Below are positions 1 through 9,603 of a DNA stretch of 64,000 nucleotides, piece after piece. Under the pieces are notes generated by a model. The model was not told the origin of the DNA. It saw only the letters and a list, made by a program, of their open reading frames with translations, and ran no database searches. The stretch is from Verrucomicrobiota bacterium (GTDB lineage Bacteria > Verrucomicrobiota > Verrucomicrobiia > Methylacidiphilales > JBCBYL01). Position 1 is the first letter of the stretch; each line of letters begins with the position of its first letter. The DNA lies in contig JBCDJI010000002.1 in assembly GCA_038748025.1 (NCBI GenBank), forward strand, positions 7,089-71,088, in the 5' to 3' direction. The position numbers and the translations under genes are program-made.

Positions 1-621
1 AATAACTTGATAGGGTTCATGCCAGACCTGGCCTGAATACAGAATATTCCTTCTGAAATTTGAAGAATAAAGCTGGTAACGCTCAATTAAGAAAAACTCC
101 AGACTGCCAGGTGCCACTGGTCGCGCAGTCTGTTCCGAACCGGCACGATAGCGGTAGTGACTTGTCTTTTCCCTGTGTCGTAATGAAGATTTATACAGAC
201 GCCTGGTGATATAATCCACCCAGTCTGCTTCGCTCCGGTCCGCCTGCATCTCCGCATGATAGTAGGATAGCTGAAATAAATGGCGCGCCACTGCCACGGC
301 GATCGGCTGATTGCAATCCAGCGAGTAGAACCACACTCCCGGACCATCCGGGCCCACCACATAGGTGCGCAGATTACATTCCATGAAATCCGATATCCAG
401 GGCAGGCTCGGCAGGAACGCCGGCCGCACCTCTCGCATGAAAAAAGGAACCAAACCCAGGTAGGCTTTGCCCTCAAACGTGTCCACCGCCAGACCTTCCG
501 GCAGCGTGGCCTGAATCAGATCCGGGTTGACCTCCCAATGCACAAACAGCAATTGCTCCCATCGCTGCCGCATCACCACCCGCCGTTTCGGTCGGGTGCG
601 GAGCTGTTTCTGGGCTTCCAT
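1..621 (-). CDS. YqjF/DUF2071 family protein, 3' end runs off the window (absent from the ORF track)
   Basis: Hand translation of the minus strand from ATG 621 (or GTG 627) is open to base 1: MEAQKQLRTRPKRRVVMRQRWEQLLFVHWEV...LPEGLAVDTFEGKAYLGLVPFFM...ECNLRTYV...PGVWFYSLDC...LEFFLIERY, which are typical YqjF motifs. Confidence 0.85.
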   Translation of the reverse strand, partial: MEAQKQLRTRPKRRVVMRQRWEQLLFVHWEVNPDLIQATLPEGLAVDTFEGKAYLGLVPFFMREVRPAFLPSLPWISDFMECNLRTYVVGPDGPGVWFYSLDCNQPIAVAVARHLFQLSYYHAEMQADRSEADWVDYITRRLYKSSLRHREKTSHYRYRAGSEQTARPVAPGSLEFFLIERYQLYSSNFRRNILYSGQVWHEPYQVI

Positions 622-793
622 GTCCACCCCATTAAGCTAAGAGCGCAGAATGCAAAATGCAAAATTTACCTGCATACCATGCGACGCCCTGGTCAAAGCA
701 GTACCCGGAAAAGCCGTTTTGCCAGCGACTTCAGACCACAAACCCGTCCTTAAAGTTTTGTGCTTTCTGCTTTTTGCAGATTAACTTGGCGGT

Positions 794-1525
794 ATGAATG
801 TTTTCATTTCGGGTGTCAGCTCCGGTTTGGGCCATGGTCTGGCTGACGTATATCTCGATCAAGGCTACACTGTCTACGGGCTGAGTCGTCGCACCCCCAG
901 TGACCTGATTGATCACCCCTGCTTTCATTTCCTCGCACTTGATCTGGCTGAACTGTCGTCCGCTCCGGGTCAATTATCCTCCTTTTTTGAGTCCGTGACT
1001 TCGTTCCAGATCGTTTATCTCAATGCAGGAGTCCTGGGTTTGGTGCGCGACCTGAAAGACTCGCCCGTGGAGGAATTGCGTATCCAGATGGATATCAATG
1101 TCTGGTCGAATAAGATCATTCTGGATGTGTTGCGTGACACCGGAATTCAAGTGGAACAAGTGCTCACCATTTCCTCAGGGGCCGCCGTCAATGGAAGCCG
1201 GGGCTGGAACGGATATTCCATTTCTAAAGCTGCGCTGAATATGTTTACCAAACTTTATGCACAGGAATGGCCCGAAACACACTTTACCGCTTTTGCCCCC
1301 GGTCTGATCGACACTGCGATGCAGGACTATTTATGTGATGAAGTAGATACTGCGCAATACCCCAGTATTCAAAAATTACTGGATGCCCGTGGCACCGAGC
1401 ATATGCCGCAGCCGCGGGAAGCGGCCCGCCGCATCATCGCAGTGCTGCCTCAACTCAGACAGCTCCCGACCGGCAGCTTCGCTGATATCCGGAAAATCAA
1501 GTTAGATGTAAGAAGGAAAAATTAA
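794..1525 (+). CDS. SDR family oxidoreductase (sepiapterin/benzil reductase-like)
   Basis: N-terminal ISGVSSGLG Rossmann motif, LNAG, ISSGAA, YSISK catalytic YxxxK, APGLIDTAMQ. Confidence 0.9.
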   Translation: MNVFISGVSSGLGHGLADVYLDQGYTVYGLSRRTPSDLIDHPCFHFLALDLAELSSAPGQLSSFFESVTSFQIVYLNAGVLGLVRDLKDSPVEELRIQMDINVWSNKIILDVLRDTGIQVEQVLTISSGAAVNGSRGWNGYSISKAALNMFTKLYAQEWPETHFTAFAPGLIDTAMQDYLCDEVDTAQYPSIQKLLDARGTEHMPQPREAARRIIAVLPQLRQLPTGSFADIRKIKLDVRRKN

Positions 1526-1574
1526 GAAAGGAGAACCGACATCCGGCGATCGCCTACTTCCTCATTCTTGAGCC

Positions 1575-2504
1575 TTAACGGCTCGATCTGAGCTCGCCGA
1601 CGGGTTTCTGACTTCCAACCAGAAAATCCATCAGTTCCTGCCACTTGGCATAGGGTTCCGGCACGGTATAGTGTCCTACACCGGTTTGAATCCAGAGCCG
1701 GCTTGCTCCGGATATTTCCTGCTGTAACTCCTCCGCCATCCACGCGGGGGTCAGAGTATCCAGCTCTCCCGCAATAATCACCACCCGCCCTGTAAAGGAC
1801 TGGATATTTTTTACGGACTCATAGCGGTCTCGCTGGATCATCTCGACCGGAAAGAGTCTATAGAAAGGACCAACCAGACTCTTCAGATACTGGTGGGATG
1901 CTGCGATAAGCGAAGTATATGGATTGGTCAAAAACAAGCCACTGACCCGTTCTTTCCATTCCGGCTCTGTCACCAGTCGACATGAGACACCAGCTCCCAT
2001 CGACTGCCCGAAAAAATACAGCGGCAAACCGTCTGCTGGAATCGCAGCGGCTGCCAGCCGGGTCAGATCCACAATGGCCTGCTCGCCCGTTTTGCCCGAT
2101 TGCGGTCCGTAACCCGGATAATCCAGCACATAAAAATCGCATTGCCGATCCGAGAGATGACGTCCCAGCGTCTCAAACCAACCGGTCGCCCGCAACCCGA
2201 CATCCCCGTTGCCGTAAAAGATCAACCATCTCATTTCCGGATCAGTTGTGGTCCGCTTCAACCCCAGATACTGGCCATTCTCTGTCTGCCATAGTGTTAC
2301 TCCGGCTTCCTCCACCGCATGATTGAAAACCGGTTCGCCCAGCTTCAGATGCTGATACATCGAAGCTCCGGGGTATACCAGCGAATCGCGCATGAATGTA
2401 ACCATAAGCAGTAAGGTGAAATAGATAACCATCGGATAGATAACCAGCAACCGGAGTACGATTCCCTTCCAGCCGGTTACCTGATAGCCGAAGATCTTCA
2501 ACAC
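1575..2504 (-). CDS. Alpha/beta hydrolase with N-terminal membrane anchor (ABHD13-like)
   Basis: FYGNG, DYPGYG, GQSMG nucleophile elbow, GELD acid and GVGH His. Confidence 0.85.
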   Translation of the reverse strand: MLKIFGYQVTGWKGIVLRLLVIYPMVIYFTLLLMVTFMRDSLVYPGASMYQHLKLGEPVFNHAVEEAGVTLWQTENGQYLGLKRTTTDPEMRWLIFYGNGDVGLRATGWFETLGRHLSDRQCDFYVLDYPGYGPQSGKTGEQAIVDLTRLAAAAIPADGLPLYFFGQSMGAGVSCRLVTEPEWKERVSGLFLTNPYTSLIAASHQYLKSLVGPFYRLFPVEMIQRDRYESVKNIQSFTGRVVIIAGELDTLTPAWMAEELQQEISGASRLWIQTGVGHYTVPEPYAKWQELMDFLVGSQKPVGELRSSR

Positions 2505-2599
2505 TCTATCAACTTGACTCAGCTTCCCTGCCTCAGCAACCCTTGTTTTATATTAAAATTTCTTATTAAAAAATTATTGAAATATTAGAATGTATTTAT

Positions 2600-2625
2600 A
2601 CTATCTCAAATAGACTGGAGATAGT
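2600..2625. promoter_or_regulatory. Inverted repeat ACTATCTC-N10-GAGATAGT overlapping a TATACT -10 box and the SD of the GNAT gene; possible operator
   Basis: 8-bp perfect arms at 2600-2607 and 2618-2625; TATACT at 2597-2602; very AT-rich upstream region. Confidence 0.35.
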
Positions 2626-2628
2626 CAG

Positions 2629-3144
2629 ATGATCGCTGAACCCGTTAATCGAATGATGCATTTGCCGGATGGCGAATACTTACTCCGTTCACTCCAGCCG
2701 GGAGACCTGCACCATTTGCAGGAATTCTTTTATTCCCACAGCCAGGATACGATCTACCAGCGCTATGGTCACCCGGTGCGGGTAATGTCAGAGGCAGATG
2801 CTGAAAAACTTGTAGCGGTGAATCAGACACAGGATTGTGCATTGGCACTGCTGGAGGTCAGGGAAAAACAGACGGTTATTCACGCCGTAGGACGATACTG
2901 CCTGGATCCGGACAATCACCACGCCGAGTTAGCGTTTGTCGTGCGCGAAAGCAAGCGACAGCTCGGCTGCACCACCTGCCTGATGCAGGAACTGATCCGA
3001 ACTGCTCGTGAACGAAAATTGAAGGCACTCTGGGCCGAAGCACTGGCCAGTAATTTACCCATGCGCAAAGTGCTGGATAAATTCGGCTTCCAGCTGATCT
3101 CCCGCGATCATGGACGTGTAAAATTTGAATTACCGCTTGAATGA
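2629..3144 (+). CDS. GNAT N-acetyltransferase (stand-alone Pat/acyl-CoA ligase-type GNAT domain)
   Basis: LRSLQPGD...SQDTIYQRY, AVGRY, AELAFVVRESKRQLG, SNLPMRKVLDKFGF. Confidence 0.85.
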   Translation: MIAEPVNRMMHLPDGEYLLRSLQPGDLHHLQEFFYSHSQDTIYQRYGHPVRVMSEADAEKLVAVNQTQDCALALLEVREKQTVIHAVGRYCLDPDNHHAELAFVVRESKRQLGCTTCLMQELIRTARERKLKALWAEALASNLPMRKVLDKFGFQLISRDHGRVKFELPLE

Positions 3145-3214
3145 AGGGTTTACCTTCCTGCGTGTTTCAAGCCGCACCACCGCAAAGGGAGCGATATCCT
3201 GCAGAGGTTATGAA

Positions 3215-4015
3215 TCAACGCATCTTCGAAAATGGAATGTGATCAAACAAGTCGCTAAACGAGTCCATCACTGCATCCGGCGCATAGGCAGCACTTTCCA
3301 GACCACCTTCCCTGTATTTGCCCGTCTTTACCAGAATTCCATGGATATTGGATCGCCTGGCGCCACCGACATCTGTTTCAATATCATCGCCGATCATGGC
3401 CACCTGCTCAGGACGCAAGTTGAGCGATTTCAATGCAATTTCAAAAAATGCATGACTGGGTTTTCCGATAATCTTTGCTTCTTTCCCGCTGACGTATTCC
3501 AGGCCTGCCACAAATGCTCCGATGTCGACCAGTAAGCCTTCCTCGCTTTGGAAAAACTTGTTTTTATGCATGGCGATCAGTTCAGCTCCTGCGTGCAAAT
3601 GCAGGAAAATCGTATTCACCAGGGGAAAACTCCATGCTGCTCCGATGTCACCGATAACCACATAATCCGGGCAGGAAGCGCCGACTTTGAATGCGGAAAA
3701 CGCTGGCAGCACACTATCCCTAACCACAGGAAAAACGGTAGGATCACCCTGAGACTCCAGGAAGCGGACCGTGGCGGTGATAGGACTGAAAACATCCTCT
3801 TCCCGGACATGAAACCCGAGCCGCTGCAGCTTTTGCACGACCGATATCGTGTTACGTGTGGTCGTATTGGTCAGAAAGCGACGCGGAATTCCCTTTCGCT
3901 CCAGTTCCCTCAGCACTTGCTGTGCCCCGGGAACCGGCGTTTCTCCCACATAGAGAACACCATCCAGATCTATCAACAGTCCCTGAATATCGGATGGGAA
4001 TGACATTGGATTCAC
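3215..4015 (-). CDS. HAD-IIA hydrolase, LHPP/TIGR01458-like
   Basis: DLDGVLY motif I, LTNTTT, GKPS, MIGDDIETDVGGA, LVKTGKY. Confidence 0.9.
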   Translation of the reverse strand: MNPMSFPSDIQGLLIDLDGVLYVGETPVPGAQQVLRELERKGIPRRFLTNTTTRNTISVVQKLQRLGFHVREEDVFSPITATVRFLESQGDPTVFPVVRDSVLPAFSAFKVGASCPDYVVIGDIGAAWSFPLVNTIFLHLHAGAELIAMHKNKFFQSEEGLLVDIGAFVAGLEYVSGKEAKIIGKPSHAFFEIALKSLNLRPEQVAMIGDDIETDVGGARRSNIHGILVKTGKYREGGLESAAYAPDAVMDSFSDLFDHIPFSKMR

Positions 4016-4133
4016 CTGTTTCCTGTGCCCGGTCCAACCGGTATCCTTCTTTGTTTCACCACAGAACTTTCAAGGCAATATAATCTTAACCGGCAGGCTT
4101 CCAACTCAAAAAACAGTTCTCATGACTGGCAAT

Positions 4134-4661
4134 TCATGATTTCCCGGCATGCCGCTGTGCCACTTGAATATACTTCTCGGCCCAATGACGGATTTCTTTT
4201 CGTTGTTGGACCGAAAGCGGTTTAATTATTTTTGCTGGGCTGCCGAAAACTAATGAACCGTCCGGGATCACCATCCCTTTAGTGACCAGACTGCGGGCTC
4301 CAATAATGCACTGGTCACCGATCACCGCACCATCCAGAATCGTGGCCCCCATTCCGATCAGACACTCATTGCCAATCTGGCAGGCATGCACCATGGCTTG
4401 ATGTCCGACCGTGGTATAGTCGCCAATCTCGACACCAAATTCGTCCGCCAGATGCAGCACACTGGCATCCTGAATATTAGTGCCGGTGCCGATTGTAATC
4501 GGGTTGATGTCTGCCCGCAAAACAGACTGGTACCAGACACTGCTCTGCGGGCCCAAAGTCACCGCTCCACTGATATCCGCAGAGGGTGCCACAAAAGCAG
4601 CTGCTCCGATTTCAGGCCGCTGCGAAAAATAAGTATCCAGTCGCTCTTCCAGTGTCATCAT
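4134..4661 (-). CDS. Gamma carbonic anhydrase family protein (YrdA/PaaY-like)
   Basis: Hexapeptide repeats, LRADIN, TNIQDASVLH, TVGHQAMVHAC Zn-binding His residues. Confidence 0.9.
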   Translation of the reverse strand: MMTLEERLDTYFSQRPEIGAAAFVAPSADISGAVTLGPQSSVWYQSVLRADINPITIGTGTNIQDASVLHLADEFGVEIGDYTTVGHQAMVHACQIGNECLIGMGATILDGAVIGDQCIIGARSLVTKGMVIPDGSLVFGSPAKIIKPLSVQQRKEIRHWAEKYIQVAQRHAGKS

Positions 4662-4687
4662 GTTCTATTCTGTGATAGGCTGTTGAC

Positions 4688-5050
4688 ATGGACATCGTCA
4701 ATCGAAACGACACCACTGCCTTTACCACCAAGGATGGCTCCACCATTCGCGAGATCCTGGCATACCGCAATTCCGTTATCCGGCAACAGAGTCTAGCGGA
4801 AGCCTCTGTGCCCGTAAATGGCTCTACTGCGGAACACTACCATCCAAATTCAGAAGAAATATACTATATCCTTAAAGGTAGCGGAAAAATTAAGATAGGA
4901 GAGGAATTTCGTGAAGTTTCTGAGCTGGACGGCATTGCTATTCCACCCGGAGCACCACATAAAATCTGGAATACGGGCGACATGGAACTCGTTCTACTCT
5001 GCATGTGTGCTCCAGCCTATGAACATGAGGACACGGTGTTACTGGAATGA
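4688..5050 (+). CDS. Cupin domain protein
   Basis: HYHPNSEEIYYILKGSG and IPPGAPHKIWNTG cupin motifs. Confidence 0.9.
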   Translation: MDIVNRNDTTAFTTKDGSTIREILAYRNSVIRQQSLAEASVPVNGSTAEHYHPNSEEIYYILKGSGKIKIGEEFREVSELDGIAIPPGAPHKIWNTGDMELVLLCMCAPAYEHEDTVLLE

Positions 5051-5179
5051 AATTTTCAGGACAACCAGTAACCACATCAGGCTGATTTTTTTGATAACCG
5101 GGTCTCTGCATGAACGGAGAATTCGGTGACTTACATTTCATATTTGCCATCTGGCACTTATTACTTTATTTTGCGTAAT

Positions 5180-5836
5180 ATGTTAAGATTGTTTAAGTCC
5201 CTGCTTTTAATTAGTTGTATGTTCACGCTGCTGCCGGAAGCTGCAGCGCAGCTGACACGCGCCCAGTTCGGAGAGCTCATGCAGACGGTTCGCTGGCTGG
5301 ACAGTAAAAACATCCGATATCGCGAAAAAGTGCGTCTGCCGGGAGAGCGGGAGCCGTGGATGATGGATTGCTCCAACACGGTTCGCTACATCGCCCAGGA
5401 CGCGTGGGGACTTGAAATTTCACGGGTGGCCTCCGGCCAGTATTGGGAACTGGATCAAGTTGGCAGGATCACCCGGGCCCCATGGCATAATGGTAAGGTC
5501 GACACTGAAAAACTGCTGGATCAGATGGCATCCGGCGACCTCGTTTTCTGGGAATGGACCTACGATATTAAACGCAGTCCGCCAATTACACACGTCATGA
5601 TTTATCTGGGTCGGGACCAGAAAGGCATACCCCGCATGGCCGGTTCCTCTAGTGGTAGAGCAGGCGGAGTCGGTATCTACCGTTTTGACCCGAACGCTGA
5701 TATGGGAGGGGTCCGCAGCATGCTAGGCGGATACAAGCACAAAGCCAGGTTTGTCGGCTTCGGACGCCTGTTTGAAATGACTGACCACGGTCAATCCGTG
5801 GCAACACTGCCGTCTGCGGTGACAAAAGTCCACTAG
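5180..5836 (+). CDS. Secreted NlpC/P60-family peptidase
   Basis: Signal peptide, MDCSNTV catalytic Cys, GDLVFW, THVMIYLG catalytic His; start moved to ATG 5180. Confidence 0.75.
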   Translation: MLRLFKSLLLISCMFTLLPEAAAQLTRAQFGELMQTVRWLDSKNIRYREKVRLPGEREPWMMDCSNTVRYIAQDAWGLEISRVASGQYWELDQVGRITRAPWHNGKVDTEKLLDQMASGDLVFWEWTYDIKRSPPITHVMIYLGRDQKGIPRMAGSSSGRAGGVGIYRFDPNADMGGVRSMLGGYKHKARFVGFGRLFEMTDHGQSVATLPSAVTKVH

Positions 5837-6699
5837 TGTGGTGCTGATTCCGTTACTTCATCTACCTGATCGGCCATCTCTCCGAATACCAGCACCAGTT
5901 CACGGACGGTGGCTACTTTTTCACCTTTAACTTCCGCCTTGGCTGAAAAGATGGCCAGCGGTGGACGCAACGACTTGAGTTTTACTTCCATCCGAACTTT
6001 TTCACCCGGTGCAACCTTGCGGTAAAACTGGGCTCCATCCATGGAGGCAAAGTAGATTTTTCCGGAAGAAGTGAACTGGGAACGGGCTTCCTCATTCTCT
6101 AACACATAAAGACAGCCTGCCTGTCCCATCGATTCAAACAGAATACTGGCGGGCAGCACGGGTTCATCCTTGAAATGTCCTTCAAAAAAAGTTTCATGGG
6201 CATCCGGGGTATAGGCGGCTTTCGTGACTTCCCCCTTGATTTCTGCTTGATCCAGAAACATGAAAGGCGGCTGTTGCGGCAGAATTAATTCGATATTCTC
6301 ACGCTGATAGGATTTGCTTTGCGTGATTTCAGCGGTAGCGCTGTCCGATCCGGCGGCTTTTCCTTTCAGATACTCCTTCACTTCACCTAACGTGCGTATG
6401 TTCTGGAGCTCGGAATCATCCACTCTGACAGCCAGCGCCTCTTCAATGGAAAGCACAATTTCCAGCATCGTAAGCGAATCGATTCCCAGATCGTCCGCCA
6501 GCAGGGTATCATCGTCTGCATCATCAATTTTCATCGGGGATTCCGGCGGCATGTAACGGTCAATGATTCCATATACGACGGTTTCCAGAGATTCTGCACT
6601 ACCAGACTCCCGGTATTCATATATCGCTTCCAGCGTTCCAGGGCGACAGCGCCGGAATGATTCCTGAAGCTCTACTTTATCCTGCTCACTTAATCCCAT
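5833..6699 (-). CDS. Fusion of N-terminal helical domain, acyl carrier protein and FabZ-like hotdog dehydratase
   Basis: DLGIDSLTMLEIV ACP phosphopantetheine Ser; LPQQPPFMFLD, FFEGHFKDEPVLP and LFESMGQ FabZ motifs with catalytic His/Glu. Confidence 0.85.
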   Translation of the reverse strand: MGLSEQDKVELQESFRRCRPGTLEAIYEYRESGSAESLETVVYGIIDRYMPPESPMKIDDADDDTLLADDLGIDSLTMLEIVLSIEEALAVRVDDSELQNIRTLGEVKEYLKGKAAGSDSATAEITQSKSYQRENIELILPQQPPFMFLDQAEIKGEVTKAAYTPDAHETFFEGHFKDEPVLPASILFESMGQAGCLYVLENEEARSQFTSSGKIYFASMDGAQFYRKVAPGEKVRMEVKLKSLRPPLAIFSAKAEVKGEKVATVRELVLVFGEMADQVDEVTESAPH

Positions 6700-6762
6700 G
6701 ACTAAAAGTTCGGCATTAAAGGCTAATGATCCAGATATTCCAAGTAATTCTTCGCATTACTT

Positions 6763-8616
6763 TTAAACTGCTTTCCGCTGGAAGATACCTTGTAAGGCAG
6801 CCTGCCGGGCAAATACCCCTCCCCGGGCCAGTAGTTCCGAATAACCTCCTGATTCGACAATTTCTCCCTGATCCAGCACCAAAATTCGGTCTGCATGACT
6901 CAAGGTTGCCAGCCGGTGGGCAATTGCGATCACGGAACGGTCTGCAGAGAGTCGGTTGATTACCTCCTGAATCCTGGATTCCGAACTGGAATCCAGTGCC
7001 GCCGTGGCCTCATCCAGAATCAGCAGCCTGGCATCCCGCAGGAAGGCACGGGCGATAGAAATCCGCTGCTTCTGGCCACCCGAGAGCCGGGTACCCTGTT
7101 CGCCTAAAATCGTGTCATAGCCATTCGGCATCTCACGGATGAATTCGTCGGCACAGGCAAATTCTGCTGCATGCCGAACAGCAGCATCACTGGCATCCGG
7201 TAATCCAAAAGCAATATTTTCGCGGACGGTGCGATCAAAAACCGCCACATCCTGTCCTACCAGCGCGATATTCCGGCGCAGCGAATCGATAGAAAATACT
7301 TTGAGATCTGTCCCGTCCCAACGGATCTCCCCAGCCGTTGGGTCATAATAGCGCAGGATCAGATTAATCAGCGTGCTCTTGCCCGAACCACTCGGTCCGG
7401 CCAGCCCGATAAACTCTCCCTGTCCCAGGGTGAAGGAGATTCCCTTCAGCACCGGCTCATCTTTGTTATAGGCAAAGCAAACCTCGGAAAACTCCAGTGC
7501 CTGATGCAAAGGAACCGCCTGCTTTCCAGTATGATGGTCATGCACAGTTGGTTCCAGGGCCAGCACTTTCTGCAAACGGTCCGCACTCACCGACGCTTCC
7601 TGAAAATTGTTGTTTACCGTTCCCAGCCGTTTCAGCGGTGTGTAGGCCAGAAAGAAACCAATGAGAAACGTTGCCAGATCTGTCAGTGGACTGCCCAGCA
7701 CAAAAGCCGCCAGTAATACCACGCAAAATCCCAACGCTGCTACCGTCTCAATGATCGGATTTACCATGGTAAACGCATTGTCCCGCTTCAGGTTGGCCTG
7801 AGCGATACGCTGACTGGTTGCATCATATTCCTCCTGCTGCATTTGCTCCAGGCCATACGCCTTTACCGTCCGGATATGAAAGAAGAAATCAATCAGCCGA
7901 GACGACTGCTGCACACCGGTTTCACGACTGCGTTTGGCATGACGGCGCACTTTATTGCCCAGGATGACAACGGGCAACACGCAGACCGGAAAGAAAACAA
8001 GCGCCATTACGGTCAACCGGAAATCCACGAGAAAAATAATCGTTCCCAGCGTTACGATGAACGTCAGTGGCTGGCGGATCAGATCGGTCAGAGCCAGTCC
8101 CCAGGCTTTATTCAATGCCACTGTATCAATGTCAATTCGTGTCAGCATATCTCCCATCGCGGACTGATTGAAATAATCCAGCGAGAGGGATTGCACCTTT
8201 GCCAGCACCGTGCGCTTGAGGTCACGAATGGTGTGCTCACTGCTCCAGCGCATGCAGTAACTGCTCAGATAATTGCATACTCCCCGCAGTCCGGCCGTGC
8301 CGGCCAACAAGCCCACCAGCACCAGCACTCCGGCGAGTTGCACCTCTTCACCAGGTAGCGGCAGCCAGCTTCCCAGCTGAACTTCCAGTGCCTGCTTCCA
8401 GGCATTCAGCTGACCCAGCAATCCGGCACCCACCTCGACCGGATGCAGCTCAACCGTTTCCTTATTCAGGCGATCTAGCACTACTTTCATGCCGAATAAC
8501 ATCAGTCCGTTCGTGACGGCAAAGCAGACAGACAGCGCAATTCCCAGGTAAAACCGCCCCCGGTAAGGTGCAGAATATGGCCAGATGAAACTGAGAACGT
8601 CCCGGATGCGATGCAT
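6763..8616 (-). CDS. MsbA-like ABC exporter (TMD + NBD)
   Basis: TM helices, Walker A GPSGSGKST, LSGGQKQR signature, ILDEATAALD, IAHRL. Confidence 0.9.
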   Translation of the reverse strand: MHRIRDVLSFIWPYSAPYRGRFYLGIALSVCFAVTNGLMLFGMKVVLDRLNKETVELHPVEVGAGLLGQLNAWKQALEVQLGSWLPLPGEEVQLAGVLVLVGLLAGTAGLRGVCNYLSSYCMRWSSEHTIRDLKRTVLAKVQSLSLDYFNQSAMGDMLTRIDIDTVALNKAWGLALTDLIRQPLTFIVTLGTIIFLVDFRLTVMALVFFPVCVLPVVILGNKVRRHAKRSRETGVQQSSRLIDFFFHIRTVKAYGLEQMQQEEYDATSQRIAQANLKRDNAFTMVNPIIETVAALGFCVVLLAAFVLGSPLTDLATFLIGFFLAYTPLKRLGTVNNNFQEASVSADRLQKVLALEPTVHDHHTGKQAVPLHQALEFSEVCFAYNKDEPVLKGISFTLGQGEFIGLAGPSGSGKSTLINLILRYYDPTAGEIRWDGTDLKVFSIDSLRRNIALVGQDVAVFDRTVRENIAFGLPDASDAAVRHAAEFACADEFIREMPNGYDTILGEQGTRLSGGQKQRISIARAFLRDARLLILDEATAALDSSSESRIQEVINRLSADRSVIAIAHRLATLSHADRILVLDQGEIVESGGYSELLARGGVFARQAALQGIFQRKAV

Positions 8617-8649
8617 AAAACAGCACAAACCCTAGCCTGACCGCCAGAA

Positions 8650-9531
8650 TCAAAGAAAGATTAAAACAATCGCGGACAGGATCAGTGCCGCACCAATAAG
8701 ACGCATCAACAGTGTGCGCGGCCCCATTTCCTGCTCGGAGCTGGTAAAGCGGTGACCCACCCACCATACCAGCACGATACTCCACAGACCGCGACTGTTA
8801 TAGACAATATTGCTAGCAGCAGCATCTCCAAAATATCCGACGGCAAAGGCGATTCCCATAGCCTGCAGTGATAGCAGCAGCGTTCCGATCCATACAAACT
8901 TCCCGCTTCCCGCAGGAAAGTCCCACAAAGGCTTGCGCAGAAACGGTAGCAGCACGAAGCCGGCTGCAAAAGTGCCAGCCGCCGAGACGGACATGAAACG
9001 GTAAAAACCCTGATCTGCCGAACCCTGCTGCACCAGCACATCTCCACCGGCAAAACAGGCCGCTGCCAGAATTGATGCCCCGATGGTAAACCAGATCTGT
9101 CCGCGTTTTTCAATTTCCGTATCCACCTGAATAAAAACGACGCCCAGGCAAGTCAGGAAAGCAGCGAGCCAGATCGCAGCACCCATCTGTTTATCCGTGA
9201 ACCAACTCAGGAATAACACGACCAGAATCACCTTGGTGCCTAATACCGGCGTGGAGACAGAGACATCTCCACGTGTGATGGCCAGGATGGTGAAAAGCTG
9301 TCCACCCATAAACAGCAAACCACTTATCAGCGGAGGCCAGATCGGATCTGGCAGGCGCATCTCATCCTCCAGAAGTATTAAAAACATGAACGGCAAGGGA
9401 ACCAGCCAGCTGGATAAAGCCGTCAATCGCCACGGACCATAGCCTGCTGCAATCGCCTGCTTTTGAGCCATAGCCGCAACCGCATAAAAAAATGCGGAAA
9501 GCATGGGCAGGATCAGATACCATCGTTCCAT
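8650..9531 (-). CDS. DMT/EamA family transporter
   Basis: About 10 TM segments in two repeats; AITRGDVSVSTPVLGTK. Confidence 0.8.
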   Translation of the reverse strand: MERWYLILPMLSAFFYAVAAMAQKQAIAAGYGPWRLTALSSWLVPLPFMFLILLEDEMRLPDPIWPPLISGLLFMGGQLFTILAITRGDVSVSTPVLGTKVILVVLFLSWFTDKQMGAAIWLAAFLTCLGVVFIQVDTEIEKRGQIWFTIGASILAAACFAGGDVLVQQGSADQGFYRFMSVSAAGTFAAGFVLLPFLRKPLWDFPAGSGKFVWIGTLLLSLQAMGIAFAVGYFGDAAASNIVYNSRGLWSIVLVWWVGHRFTSSEQEMGPRTLLMRLIGAALILSAIVLIFL

Positions 9532-9603
9532 TGGGATGATACCCTACGTGACGGACTCAAAAATCAAGAATCAAGACCAACGAATTGGCTGACATGGCAT
9601 GTC

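Noticed and set aside
280-753. 157-aa plus-strand ORF, and 87..476 on the minus strand
   Set aside because: Antisense and out-of-frame shadows of the YqjF-family gene
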